Part shown: in pieces, positions 48,401 through 59,690 of the stretch
Layout: each line of letters starts with the position of its first letter
Position numbering within the stretch: position 1 is the first letter of the stretch
Source of the DNA: Setoptus koraiensis
Taxonomy: Eukaryota > Animalia > Arthropoda
Direction of reading: 5' to 3'
Length of the DNA stretch: 64,000 nt
NCBI GenBank assembly: GCA_048013815.1
Contig: CM106586.1
Coordinates: 3,224,001-3,288,000 of the forward strand
The notes under the pieces: model-generated
What the model saw: the letters and a program-made list of their open reading frames with translations, nothing else
The model's database searches: none
Told to the model about the DNA's origin: nothing
Translations under genes and position numbers: made by a program

Positions 48401-50958
48401 ATTCATTGAAGAATTGCGACGGCGTGAGGCTGATGTTGATCGTGTTGTGAAAATATTTACTACAAAATCCACCCCATCTGCGTCGAAGACAACTCTCACA
48501 CAAACTACCACCAAAACACGTATAGAATATTCTCGTACCATCGCTGGTAGAGCAACTGGAACTTCCCGATCGACAACACCTTCCACTACAAGGAGTACGC
48601 ACACTTCTTATCGCGATGAATATCCTGAAATCAAACATATTCGTGCGCGAGTTATGTTGGAGAAATGGCGTTCTGTCTGGCAATTAGCATTGGACAAAAT
48701 TCAAAGATTGAAAGATCGTATCGAGCATCAGCGAGAAATGGAACGTTTGACACATTTCGATTTTGACGAATGGAGACGAAGATTTTTGGGATGGATGAAT
48801 AATAAAAAGGCCAGAATCATGGACTTCTTCCGTTCTCTTGATAAGGACAATGATGGTAGGGTTCCCAATGGTGAATTTGTCGAAGGTTTCCTCAAGTCAA
48901 AATTCCCTACTAGTCGGCTCGAAATGGAAAAAGTAGTTGAGATCTTCGATAAAAACAAGGATGGCTGTGTAGATCATAAGGAATACATGGATACTTTGCG
49001 ACCTGACAGGCCCATCACCGAGGAAGAGATAATTCAAGATGAAGTGCAGCGCCAGGTTGCCAAATGTACTTGTTTGCACCGTTACAAAGTTTATCATGTC
49101 GGCGAGGGTCGCTATAGATTTGGCGAGTCGCAGAAGCTGCGCCTAGTCCGTATCCTGCGTAGTGTCGTCATGGTTCGCGTTGGCGGAGGATGGGTATCGC
49201 TTGAAGAATTTCTACAGAAAAATGACCCTTGTAGAGGTAAGTTTGTCGTCAATGACATACATAATCCCTATCTTGATGATAAATACAAACTTGAGTTCTT
49301 ATAAGTTATTTATTTTTGCACGTCCTATTCTTTTATTGTTAATATTATTTTACTATTGCATGTCATTCTGCACCAAACAATCTTTCCACAATACATACAG
49401 CACGAGGTCGCACTAATGTTGAGCTCAGAGAACAGTTTATTTTGCCTGAGGGTGCCAGTCAAGCTATGGCATCATTTAAATCAAAGATGTCTAAAGATCC
49501 TGCATCGATTCCAACCATTGGCCCAATAACAAAGGTTCGTTTAAACACAAAGATTGTGCCTCACTTTACCTCATTCCTTTCATACCTTTTCCCTTTTTAT
49601 TATGCTTCTTTTGTGTTGTATCTTTCTGTTTTTTACTTGTTTCGTTTCAACCTGTCAGATATTACGCCAGGCCGTTCCCTATCTGAACTCACTATCACTA
49701 ACAGCTTGCTCTCTTGACTAACAATTATTCGCTATCTTTCTATCAGACAACTACCGTTGCTATCACTTTCCCTGTCCTCAATGCAACCCTCAGAAGACGT
49801 CCTATATATCTCACATGTCATCATCTCCATCTTCAGCAATAATTGAATATGCCTCAAGTGTTAATCTCACTATGGCTCGAGCCACAACGCCAGTTTTCAA
49901 CGATCGTGATTCTTCCACAAGCAAGCGTGTTTTGCCGCCCAAAAGTTTACTTAAATATATTCAACGTCGCAACTCAGCTCTACCTATAATGAGTTGCGAT
50001 GAATCCTCTTCAGATTCTGTGAGTTTTGCGGTCAGTACTAGTCAAAGGAGAGAAGTTTATCAAAAGTCGCCATGCGTCTACACTAAACCAATCTCAAGAT
50101 CATCATCCAATAAGTCATCATTAGCTTTAACTGAACCTCAAACACCTGAACAAGACAATTGCGCGATTACGCCGACTACACCAGTTACTTCAAGCAGTGG
50201 AGTTAGCAGTAGCGCAGAGGGTGTATGTGAAGATGATAGAAGTGCCTCCTCTCTATCGCATAGTTCGTCATCCCTCTATAGTCATAACAATCTTACTGCT
50301 AATCGGCGGACCTCTCTCGTAACCTTTAATAAACATGATCCTATCACTATTACTAATCGACTGCCGTCAGTTATAAAAAGCGACAATATACATCTAATAA
50401 AGCATCCTATCTCTCATCTGCCTAGACCGTGGCCAGTCTATTCGGTAATCTTTCTCTTTCAATCTGTATATTCTACCCTTTCGCTCAAAATGAAAGAATA
50501 ATTTTGTATTTGCTCTCTTCTAACTGAAACAAATTAATCTATTTTCCCTACTCTCCAATTAGATAAGAGAAAAAACCGATAGATCTGTCCCTATGAGCCA
50601 AACTCATGGACGTTATGGTTCGCCCAGCGACTATTATAGCGAAACAGATTCAAGTGGATTGAAATCGCGGCCTCGTAGCCGACTAACACCGACATCAGCG
50701 GGCAGCAGGCCATCAAGCCGACCATCGAGCCGACCATCGAGCCGACCATCGAGCAGGCCATCTAGTCGACCTGCCAGCAGGCAAGGTAGTGATTTATCAA
50801 TAGAAAGTGTCGATGTCTACAAGTCGGCTGGAATAGCTGGTTACCGAACGCCAACTGGGACAACACCTACGACAGGAACCACATCAATTCTGAAATCATC
50901 ACTAAAGACAACTACTTCCTATACTGCCGGTCAAACAAAAACTGTTTGGAAAAATTAA
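30165..50958 (+). CDS. shot: Spectraplakin (short stop/MACF1/dystonin) locus with several alternative first and last exons
   Basis: Spliced CH1 ([14 protein letters not shown]...), CH2 ([14 protein letters not shown]), spectrin repeats ([24 protein letters not shown]), two EF-hands, GAR domain ([23 protein letters not shown]) and an SRPS-repeat tail. Confidence 0.93.
30528..34452 (+). CDS. shot: shot giant alternative N-terminal exon (~1308 aa, low complexity); possible upstream coding exon 30165..30227 spliced to 30498
   Basis: Ends [13 protein letters not shown]|gtaag, phase 1, joining AT GAA CGA GAT to give the conserved RVVIRIADERD junction of plakin-family proteins. Confidence 0.8.
39136..39208 (+). 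CDS. shot: shot short alternative first exon ([25 protein letters not shown])
   Basis: Phase-1 donor AAAG|gtttgt joins the CH1 exon; [13 protein letters not shown] resembles the YEDALTQFKDERD junction of insect Shot. Confidence 0.65.
39495..40660 (+). CDS. shot: shot CH1 exons 39495..39724 and 40568..40660
   Basis: [46 protein letters not shown] / [31 protein letters not shown]; canonical GT-AG. Confidence 0.93.
42363..42416. repeat. (TC)27 microsatellite in a shot intron
   Basis: Direct read of an uninterrupted TC run. Confidence 0.95.
42949..43344 (+). CDS. shot: shot alternative first exon giving a CH1-less isoform
   Basis: 132-codon ORF ending [17 protein letters not shown]|gtatgt, phase 0, matching the CH2 exon acceptor at 43551. 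Confidence 0.75.
43551..49236 (+). CDS. shot: shot 5.7-kb main exon (CH2, truncated plakin start, spectrin rod, EF-hands, GAR)
   Basis: Acceptor tatacag|CTT TCT GAT; about 1895 open codons; donor TGTAGAG|gtaagt. Confidence 0.95.
44676..47609 (+). repeat. Three tandem copies of a 978-bp (326-aa, about 3 spectrin repeats) block
   Basis: [33 protein letters not shown] starts at 44676, 45654 and 46632 (period exactly 978); long stretches are nucleotide-identical. Confidence 0.95.
49401..50958 (+). CDS. shot: shot C-terminal exons 49401..49534 and 50563..50958; alternative terminal exon 49747..50501
   Basis: [23 protein letters not shown] / [22 protein letters not shown] tail; phases consistent. 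The alternative acceptor ctatcag|AC is phase 1 and in frame with ORF 49815..50501. Confidence 0.8.
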
Positions 50959-51466
50959 TTAAGTTACCAAAGGCGGCCAAAACAACTACTTAATCTATTC
51001 AGATTAACCACCTCAATTGTGAAACTGTGAGATTTTATTTTGACCAATTCCATCTAAGTTGACATTATTGGATTGAAGCCATTTGCTTGGATATTCTTAA
51101 GATAAAGAGTTTGAATGTGACTTTTATCTCAATACACTGTTGATTCACACAAACGAATGTTTTCATTGACATCACGTATCATCATATCATTAAACATTAA
51201 TCTTTAAATTACTATACTTTTCAAGTGTCGCTGATGCTTTATATATCACGAGAGGATGATGGAACACGATGCATGTTGCTCATTAGCTATTGAAATCCGT
51301 GTTACAGGATTCGTCACTTGTGTAGTCCAAAATTTTATAAAAGTTCTCATGCATTGCCTAGTTTTGTTTGTACTGTGACTTTTCGACTGATCGAACACGA
51401 ACTCAAGCTTATTCAAGCATTTATTAATGATGCATACGTATGTATCTGTGAATTCACATCGAACAT

Positions 51467-52278
51467 TTACAAAGTTGATGTAAGAACCTCATCTAACACG
51501 AAATCCAAGTCACCTACTGGTAAATCGGTGACGATCTGCTCTTTGAATGCTAATCCGATTGTATAAGGGGGCTCTTTACTTGTTGAATGTATTTTATCGA
51601 GCAGATTTTTCAAGAATCTATCGTAGTAACCTCTTCCATGCCCTAACCTAAGACCATCTCGTGTGAACGCTAGACCAGGTACTAAGATAAGATTCAGATC
51701 GACTTTGAGGCAAGTAAAATAAGAAATCAATCAAAAAATTCAATTCTCTATTTTGCCATTCATCTATTACTCCCAAATCTTACCTATATGAGGGTCAAAC
51801 TCTTCCCTTTTGCCTGTCTGACGAATCCCGTTAATCACTTGTTCGAAATACATGTCTTTGGGCTGTTTGATGTTCCATTTTGTTACAGGTAATGAATTAT
51901 AATCATCCATAGAATATAATCGAACCATCTTAAGAGTATCAATCTGCTTGGAATACATGGGAATGTAACAAATCTTGTTGTCGCTGAAGATCTGTTCTAG
52001 ACTGCTGATTGTGTCCACTTCATCTTGAGTGCTCAAGTAAAGACTGAGTGCTTTGGCTGATTTATAACGATCGTGATTTAGAAGCTGTAATTTGACACAG
52101 TTTAGTTATTATTTTCAGTATTATACATGTTGTTAACTTGTATAATGAATCATAAAATAGTTACCCTCTGAGCTATGATGGAAGATTGGTTTCTACGTTC
52201 ATTCTGGTCGATTGAAGCAATTCTTTCTTTAGCTTTGAGTCTCGCGAGGGCCTTCATTTGTTGCAAAGTGCTGATCAT
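51467..52278 (-). CDS. MTHFS: 5-formyltetrahydrofolate cyclo-ligase; exons 52165..52278, 51784..52084, 51467..51702
   Basis: SLYLSTQDEVDT, WNIKQP, DLILVPGLAFTRDGLRLGHGRGYYDRFL, IGLAFKEQI..D..LDEVL. Confidence 0.92.
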
Positions 52279-52506
52279 TTTGATATGTTAGATCGTATGG
52301 AGGTTACGAAACTAGACCTTTTCATAAAATTTTTGAGTGATGTTGCCAATTAGAAATACTGTCAACTTCTGTAATAACTATGTATAGTAGACAGCTGATA
52401 ACGAATGAAAAATAAAGATAGTATCGATAGCATTTGTGTAAAAAAAAACATTTTGATTTTACAATTGTACATTTTGTTAGCATTAGTCGTTTATTAATAG
52501 ATTTGT

Positions 52507-55500
52507 TCATTGACGAGCCAACTTCTCTATCAAAGTGTTGATCTCAGTGATCAGATTATCGTTAGGCTTGCAACCTTTCTTAAGCAGATCCGCTCTCTCT
52601 TTTCGCAGGCATGTAAGTTTCTCTTGAGTGTCTTTGGTCACCGTTGACTTGAAACTTCCAGGACGAACTAAAGAGGATCGTGAGTTCATAGTGTTAGGAA
52701 TCTTTGATGAACCACCAACCGAATTGGCGTTCTTTCCGTTTTTATTGAATCTGTTGGTGTATCAAAGAAAAAACGAAGACCCGGGGTTAAGTACTGAGTA
52801 TATTGTAACATAAGTAGGTGTTTCAATTTTATCTTACCTTAGGGGCAGTTTTGAAGATTGTACATCGATTGATCCTCTGACTAGACTTGTACTTCTAACT
52901 GGTAAAGGTATACCGGGAGATCTGGAGGATACAGTAGTCTGATCACGAAGACTCGAACGCCTAGCTACTCTTATCGGCTGACTAATACCATTAGCTAATT
53001 TATTGTTTTTAACTTCTTGAGATTCATTGTAAATGTTTCTATTGCTGGAGAAATCAACTTCTTTCTGTTGATAACACGATTTGACTTCTTCAATCGCTCT
53101 AGCTAACTCTGAATCTATAGTGGCCAATCTAGCGGTTAGTTCTTTGTCTTTATCTAATAGTTGCTGTTCTTTTTGGTCTAAATGTTTTTCTTTACTCTCT
53201 ACAGATAGTAAAGCGTGACGCAATTTCCTCTCTAACTTGTTCAAGTCGCTCATTTTCTTTTTGAGCTCCGCATCTCGTTTAGTTTCTTTGGCCTCTAGCT
53301 TATGGGTTATATTGGTTAAATACTCTTGCTCTTTCTGTTCCAATTCAATTTTGAAAGACAATAGTTGCTGGTCTTTCCAAGATTCAATCTCATTACTAGC
53401 ATCGACAAGAAGCTTGTCAATATCAGTAACGAAATTGACCCTTTCGTTCAGAGAGGAGCCCTTTGCCCTACCGTTGTGAGTTTCAAGGCTAACATCCCGA
53501 TTTACTCTGGTTGGGCCTAAATCTTTTAATGATAGATAGAGTTGAATTTTTCCTAACTCAGATTTATCACATCCCAGTATAGTTGACGAGGTCATAGTGC
53601 AATTTTCCTCACTAATTTTCAATCGGTCGATATCGAAGAGATCAGCGAATTTCAAGGTAGCGAAACCTACTGATTCAAAGTCGACTTCATCATGAACTGA
53701 ACTCTCAGTATCCAGGTGGGTATGTCTTCGATCCGTAACTAGCTCCAGTATCAATGGAACGTTGCTGAAAGCGTATTTCAAAGATTCTGATGTAGTAGCA
53801 AAGTTGAATTCGCAGAAGCCATGAGGTATCAAGGCCTCGTTCGGTCCTACAGGGATGCTCGAGTCAGTTGTTATTGTGTCAGTGTAACCAAAGAAGGAAT
53901 AGGAGTACCTAATCAATAAACTCGATAGGTCGACATCGATATCCTCCAGGGTAGTAAGAGTTTTGAGATCTATCGTAAAACAAAAGTGTCTCATTTGATT
54001 CTCGGCGGAGGGATTCGATTGTACTTCCGAAGATCGAATAATATTGAGACTCAGATCTTGGTTATTGGAGTCTTCTTGTGCAATTTGGCTGTTTCTTTGA
54101 GAGGCCTCGGGAAAATCCTCCTCATGAGCAATCTTCTTTGAATCGCCGCATAGACTAGAGAGTAATTCGAAATTTTTGGCCGTGGGTGACTTCAACATGG
54201 GTCTATCCTTGTTTTGGGATGTAGGGCCGAGTGACTTAAGCTGAGTTAGCTTCACCGCGATACCTACTGTGGGACTAGGACTCTCAGGTTGATGTAGTGT
54301 GCTGTCAGCACAAGACTGTAGGGAGAACAATCCTTCAATAGATCTTTCGTTTTGGAAATCATCTTCGTTGTCGGAGCAAAGCTGATCCATTTGAACTGTG
54401 GTAAAACCTAGAACTTTCTTGTGAAAATTGTATAATTTGATATCAAGAGTTGAATTTAGAGTAAAATAAGTGTTCAGCAATTTAACACTGGTTGTCGCCA
54501 CATTGAACCTGACTATTTTAGAATTGAGATTACACTCGGCTATTGTAAATTCATCTGACTTCAAGGAAGAGCCAAATAATGAAAAAGTGAAGTAGTAAGT
54601 CGTTGATTTCGATGTAGAATCTAGAAAATCTCGTGTACGGCCCAGTAATAATGCCTCCAGATCTGAGATGAATGCTAAAGAGATTTCGATAGAGAAAAAT
54701 ATTTTACAATCCTCAATTGTAGAGTTGTCTTCTTGGGCGTCGTAAATGTAATGATGACCATCTAGCACTTTGATTTTTATATCGTTTTCAATTATGGCAA
54801 TATGTGGATTGACTGAAGTTTTTCCATTGTCATACTCATTGTTGGTGAGTGTGTAATCTATGCAAGTCTTGTAGAGACTGCTGGTTGATTGATCATTTGC
54901 TTCATCATCATCAAATGATTCGTCAGAATATTCTCCAACTTTGTTACAGTTAGTGGCGACAAGACCTGAGCCCATATCTGCTTTTTGGAAGCGCAATGAG
55001 TATGGTGCTTCTTTGTAACCATTTGGTATTGCCTCCTGTTCATTTTCCTCGCATTTGATCAAAGATACTGCCAATTGAATTTCAGGCCTACTGTAAGATG
55101 GTTTTCTAAATTTTGGATTCAATAAAGGACGCCATTCAAATTTTTGTTGCTTATGTTCTTGTGCTGCCCTGATATCTATTATGGTATATCCGACTAGGTG
55201 CGTTTGATTAGCTTCCAGACATGTGGTATTGCTACCAGTAGGCGAAAGGGTTGCACCATCTTTAGATTTTTTTATCGGCGAGGTTTGCAAAAATACTTGG
55301 AGTTTTATGGCTCTTCGTTCAACTCTGAATTGATGTAGGCTCCTTCTATCTAGTTGCCATGCCAATTCTGTAACGAATTCCGGGTTCGTGTTAGTTAACT
55401 TCACTGGATCACTCCTCAATGGTTCATTATCGAATCGGGCCTCAGCAAATACGGTTGCGTGAGCAGTTTTATCGATGACACAATCGGGTACGGTGAAATT

Positions 55501-55548
55501 TTGGCCTTCAACCAAAGTTATCACAACCAGATATTTTGGACTGTCCAT
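52507..55548 (-). CDS. CEP120: Centrosomal protein CEP120-like (C2 domains + coiled coil); exons 52838..55548, 52507..52750
   Basis: LVVITLVEG.NF..EARFD.E.L..DPV...PEFVTELAWQLDRRSLHQFR; third C2 HFCFTIDL..YSYSFFG..FCEFNFA; coiled coil; terminal L..ERADLLKKG..DNLITEIN. Confidence 0.87.
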
Positions 55549-56864
55549 GCGAGATTAGATTCAACCAACATGGTATAATTGGATATATGAGATAGATTTC
55601 TTTTTTTGGCACACCTGAATCTTTTCAAAAATCTTCAGTGCAGTTAGTATCCTATTGGTGGATATTTCACGTCTATTCCGGAGGGAGACAGGGAGAGGAT
55701 AAAGAATCGCTCCTAGCAGTTATAATTGTTATAATATTTGAAATATCCTTTGGCATCTGATACAAATGAACATTTGGCAGGGAACTTCTCTACATCCAAG
55801 TGTTTCCAAATTTAAGGAACGGATGTACGTCAAAAATTTCCAGACATGTAGAGTCCATCTAGTCGTTGCGCGGAGTAAGGTCAGTAATATTTATCATCTA
55901 TAATACAGGTCATTCAACTATTTTATTTATTCATTTAGTGAGAGATCCAACGAAAGCATCATTACATGTAATGCTGTTGAAGATTACTTGTATAATAACA
56001 ATTGAGCAGATGGTTTCTCAAAAAGATAATCAATTCATCACATCGAATCAGCGCTGTGATACGCATAAAATCGGCGCCGAGTTCAAAAAGCGCTCAAATT
56101 TTTTATGGGAGACAATACAAACGTCTCCCATTCTTTCTATATTGGATATTCTTCCGCACTGGGTGAATCATCCATCCATATTCATATCTTTTATTCCGAA
56201 CACCCACTAAAACTATCATGATATAAAATAATTGAAGATAAACTCATGATAACTAGCGCTACTAACTCCCTTCATCCTATAATAATATTAATCTCGATCG
56301 TGAATATTCACATACACCTCATTGTCGGGCTGGGAAAGCGAGAATTCATCCCGTGCGGGGAATTTTTCCGTTCTCCCATAATCACTTCAACTGCAATAGA
56401 GGATCGCTATCCGTTCAGAGAAGCCGTCTAGCTAATATTGTTCTTTCATTAGTTTCCATCCTCATCAGTCATCTGTAGTGAAAAATATCAATAGAAAAAA
56501 TAATTCGCAGTCAACATTACGTAAGCGAAATATTCAAAATATTTTTTCAGTGAAGTACTGATCACCACTATTTTAATGCGTCTTTCTGAGCATTGGCCAA
56601 TGTAAGGAGAACAGCTGCAGAATAGAGCAGCCAGCCTCATCTGGCAAGTTCATGAGCTAATGACCAATTTATTCAAATTCAGGCCATGCATTCGCTCATT
56701 GGAACGCAGCAATCACCATAACATGGATTTAATTGATATAATGATTGACATGTGATGCACAATGGTACAATTAACCAATAAACAGTGAACAACTTTAACT
56801 AGTCTTCATCACTTGATAGGGTCGATCAATATATTTATTATTTGATTTACTACTATTCGATGCA

Positions 56865-59321
56865 GTGCGACACACTTTCGCACTTGAAAATAATCATGTC
56901 ATGTCTAGAGAGGATTTACAGCCGTTCAAAAATGTCTCGAAACTGGTGCCATTAACAGCAGCATCATCGGATGAAGGACAAAAAGCCAGAGAAAATAGAC
57001 CCTTAATAGCTTTTTCAGTGGAGCATAACGATAGCCACACAAAAACTCCATTGTATGACTCAAACAATAACAACCAAATAACCAACTCTAACGAACAACA
57101 AAATCTAGATGACAAAAGAAAAATCACGGATGAGTGGAAAAGGCGAGAAAAGGAAGAGGAGGATTTAAGCAATTTATGCAAGAAAATTTGTCAACCCTCT
57201 CAATCGATGTTTACATATCATGACAAATCTGATGTCGAGCATAGCATATCCAGGGAGATAGATTCTAATCTAGCTCATATTGATATAGATACGTTCAATT
57301 TTAGACAACTACCCGAACCACTAAGCAGACTTATTTCTCTAATAGATAAAACTGACGAGTGCTCTAATCATGCAAAAGAAGATGAGGCTAATCACTTCGT
57401 CTTTAGTACGAAACATTTCGTAACTCCTCCGAGTTTACAAGGTGATAGTCAGAGATTGGTCGTGGACGAGAAATTTTCTAAAGGGGGAACCAACATCAAA
57501 GCCCTAGCGAATGGTTCTAATCTATTACCCGAGAAGGTAAGGGACTCTAGGCACGATGCTGAGATCGTCGATACTTTTCATCCTGACCTCCACACTGCTG
57601 GGATTGAAATCGCTAACGATGGAAAAAAGTTCGAGTCCCTCAATAGTGAAGTGAAGTACACTATCGCTTTTCATGACAGTATTTCGTCCGGTGCTAGTTC
57701 AGACTTAAGTCAGACACTTAATGACACCCCAACAGTCTCTCAATGCGAATTGGTCAACACAAACAGTCTATCGAAAGATGAACCAATCACTGTAAGATCC
57801 CAGCACACTGACAGCGCAATAAATTCAAGTATAACACAGGAGGAAAAATCTGATATTCCTAAGAATTCCTTTCAACTATTAAGAAACAATGTTTCCTCTA
57901 AGGAACGTGGACAATTTAGTTCAGATGATATAGAAGGCAATAATACTAGTCAGAAGCCACAAAGTGGTTCCGGTAATCGATTGCATATATTGTGCCAAGA
58001 AATTAACGCTAATGGTAGTCTGAATCATGTGATAGATCACAAACTTCAAAGAGAATCTGGCCACTCAAATACTACGACTAATGATATTTATATTTTATAT
58101 CCAAATTACTCTCTACCCGACTTGAACTTCTTAAAGTCGCTTGAGGCAAATGGAACTTGCAAGTTGATCACTGAGAATCGAAAATCAAAAAGCAAAAATC
58201 TCGAAGTCAGCTCAAGTTCTGTAGATCCTACTCTTAATATCGTATCACAAAATAGATCTTGTACCAGTAAGCCCGCCTTAAATGAACAGACACCATCAAA
58301 AAAACTCAGCGCTATTCTAGATAAGTATGACAATTCGGAGCTTCTTGGTACATTGTTGCCTGCTCAGGTAAAATCGCTGTTGGAAAAGGTCAAATATCAA
58401 CTAAACATACGCCGAAAAGAAAGCTTCAATGACCACATCTCTCAGAGTTATTTAAATAAGTTAAATGAAGCTTTAGAGTCGATAAATGTAAAGAAGCAAG
58501 AGCGGTGCATCATTACTTCGGGAAGAAGAAATGAAAATCTCCACTTCGCACCTAAATCTAAAGGAAACAAAATCAACCATCACTCCGGTGTTCCTATCAC
58601 GAGAAAATATAATAGAGGCAGTGCAATCGAGTTGAAAGAGAATCTTAAACAAAAGCCACAACACAATTTCGACGCTCTGAATTATTTGAATTCTCCTGGC
58701 CTTCTTCAGGACAACATATACAAAATTCTTCTAATTTCATCTTCATCCGTGACACGTCCAAGAACTCAAAATAGGCACCATTCAACAGCAAAAGTTACAA
58801 ATATGATTGATGATGATAGTTCCATATCCGACTCAGTCATAAACGACCTAAGCAAGAGATTTTCCGTAGCAAAAACAGCGTTGCAAATATTAAAAATAGT
58901 ATGGAACCTTGAAGATAAAAGAATCATTCCGTCTGGCCCTAGGCCTTGCCATAAAGACGATATCAAAAACAAAACTAAATCATACGATTCTAGGTCAGAA
59001 AGAAAAGTTCATGCGAAATCCTTTCATCCCGATCCAAAGCCACCAGTCATCAGTATGAATCTGGCGAAAGACAAAAACACGTACATTGTACATCCCACAT
59101 TGACAAGAAAAAGCAAACATAATGCAGCTTCATCAAGTGACGCAGCTACTGTAGTGCCTCCAACAAGGTTGAGAGAGGCTACTAGCGCTCACAAACTTTA
59201 TTCGCATAGTGCGATCAATTCGAAAAATAGATCGACTATGATGAATTATTTTGGCAATACCTGTAAAAGATCCTATATACCAGTAAGAATTCATGAGTCT
59301 CGCAGAATTTCAAACGTCTAA
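56865..59321 (+). CDS. Uncharacterised ~818-aa largely low-complexity protein; 5' end unresolved
   Basis: Long open frame with S/N/K-rich composition and an ILYPNYSLPDLNFL island; ORF begins at a probable acceptor (gatgcag|TG at 56866). Confidence 0.75.
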   Translation: MRHTFALENNHVMSREDLQPFKNVSKLVPLTAASSDEGQKARENRPLIAFSVEHNDSHTKTPLYDSNNNNQITNSNEQQNLDDKRKITDEWKRREKEEEDLSNLCKKICQPSQSMFTYHDKSDVEHSISREIDSNLAHIDIDTFNFRQLPEPLSRLISLIDKTDECSNHAKEDEANHFVFSTKHFVTPPSLQGDSQRLVVDEKFSKGGTNIKALANGSNLLPEKVRDSRHDAEIVDTFHPDLHTAGIEIANDGKKFESLNSEVKYTIAFHDSISSGASSDLSQTLNDTPTVSQCELVNTNSLSKDEPITVRSQHTDSAINSSITQEEKSDIPKNSFQLLRNNVSSKERGQFSSDDIEGNNTSQKPQSGSGNRLHILCQEINANGSLNHVIDHKLQRESGHSNTTTNDIYILYPNYSLPDLNFLKSLEANGTCKLITENRKSKSKNLEVSSSSVDPTLNIVSQNRSCTSKPALNEQTPSKKLSAILDKYDNSELLGTLLPAQVKSLLEKVKYQLNIRRKESFNDHISQSYLNKLNEALESINVKKQERCIITSGRRNENLHFAPKSKGNKINHHSGVPITRKYNRGSAIELKENLKQKPQHNFDALNYLNSPGLLQDNIYKILLISSSSVTRPRTQNRHHSTAKVTNMIDDDSSISDSVINDLSKRFSVAKTALQILKIVWNLEDKRIIPSGPRPCHKDDIKNKTKSYDSRSERKVHAKSFHPDPKPPVISMNLAKDKNTYIVHPTLTRKSKHNAASSSDAATVVPPTRLREATSAHKLYSHSAINSKNRSTMMNYFGNTCKRSYIPVRIHESRRISNV

Positions 59322-59690
59322 TCATAGAGCAGCGCTAGATAATTTATCTAAGATGATAGTTTTATTTATAGAAACAAATATCCTCTATTGGAGAGTAAAC
59401 ATATATATTTATATCAATCTAAGAAAAACTAAATAAAAAATTCCCGGCGACAAAGAATAATCAGTGATCATTGATAAACTAGTCTAACTTCTAAATAATG
59501 CAATAAAAAGTATATTACATATAAACAGAGTAGCGGAACCCAAGGAATTCATTTAATGCATAGATTGATGAACTTTATTATTCTTTGATTTTACGATCCA
59601 TTGAGTTGAAATTTGCTTTAGTTTGTTATTTGGATAAGAATTAACAAATATTGATAGACCTGTTAAAAATGCTTCGGATCTGAGCTCTTT

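Noticed and set aside
43910-49097. Many minus-strand ORFs over the shot main exon (also over Top2, the helicases and CEP120)
   Set aside because: Antisense shadows of real coding frames; repeated ones simply mirror the 978-bp triplication.
55866-56431. Short ORFs and a 9-bp hairpin (56105..56131) between CEP120 and the orphan gene
   Set aside because: No motif and no consistent splice path; the hairpin is short enough to be chance.
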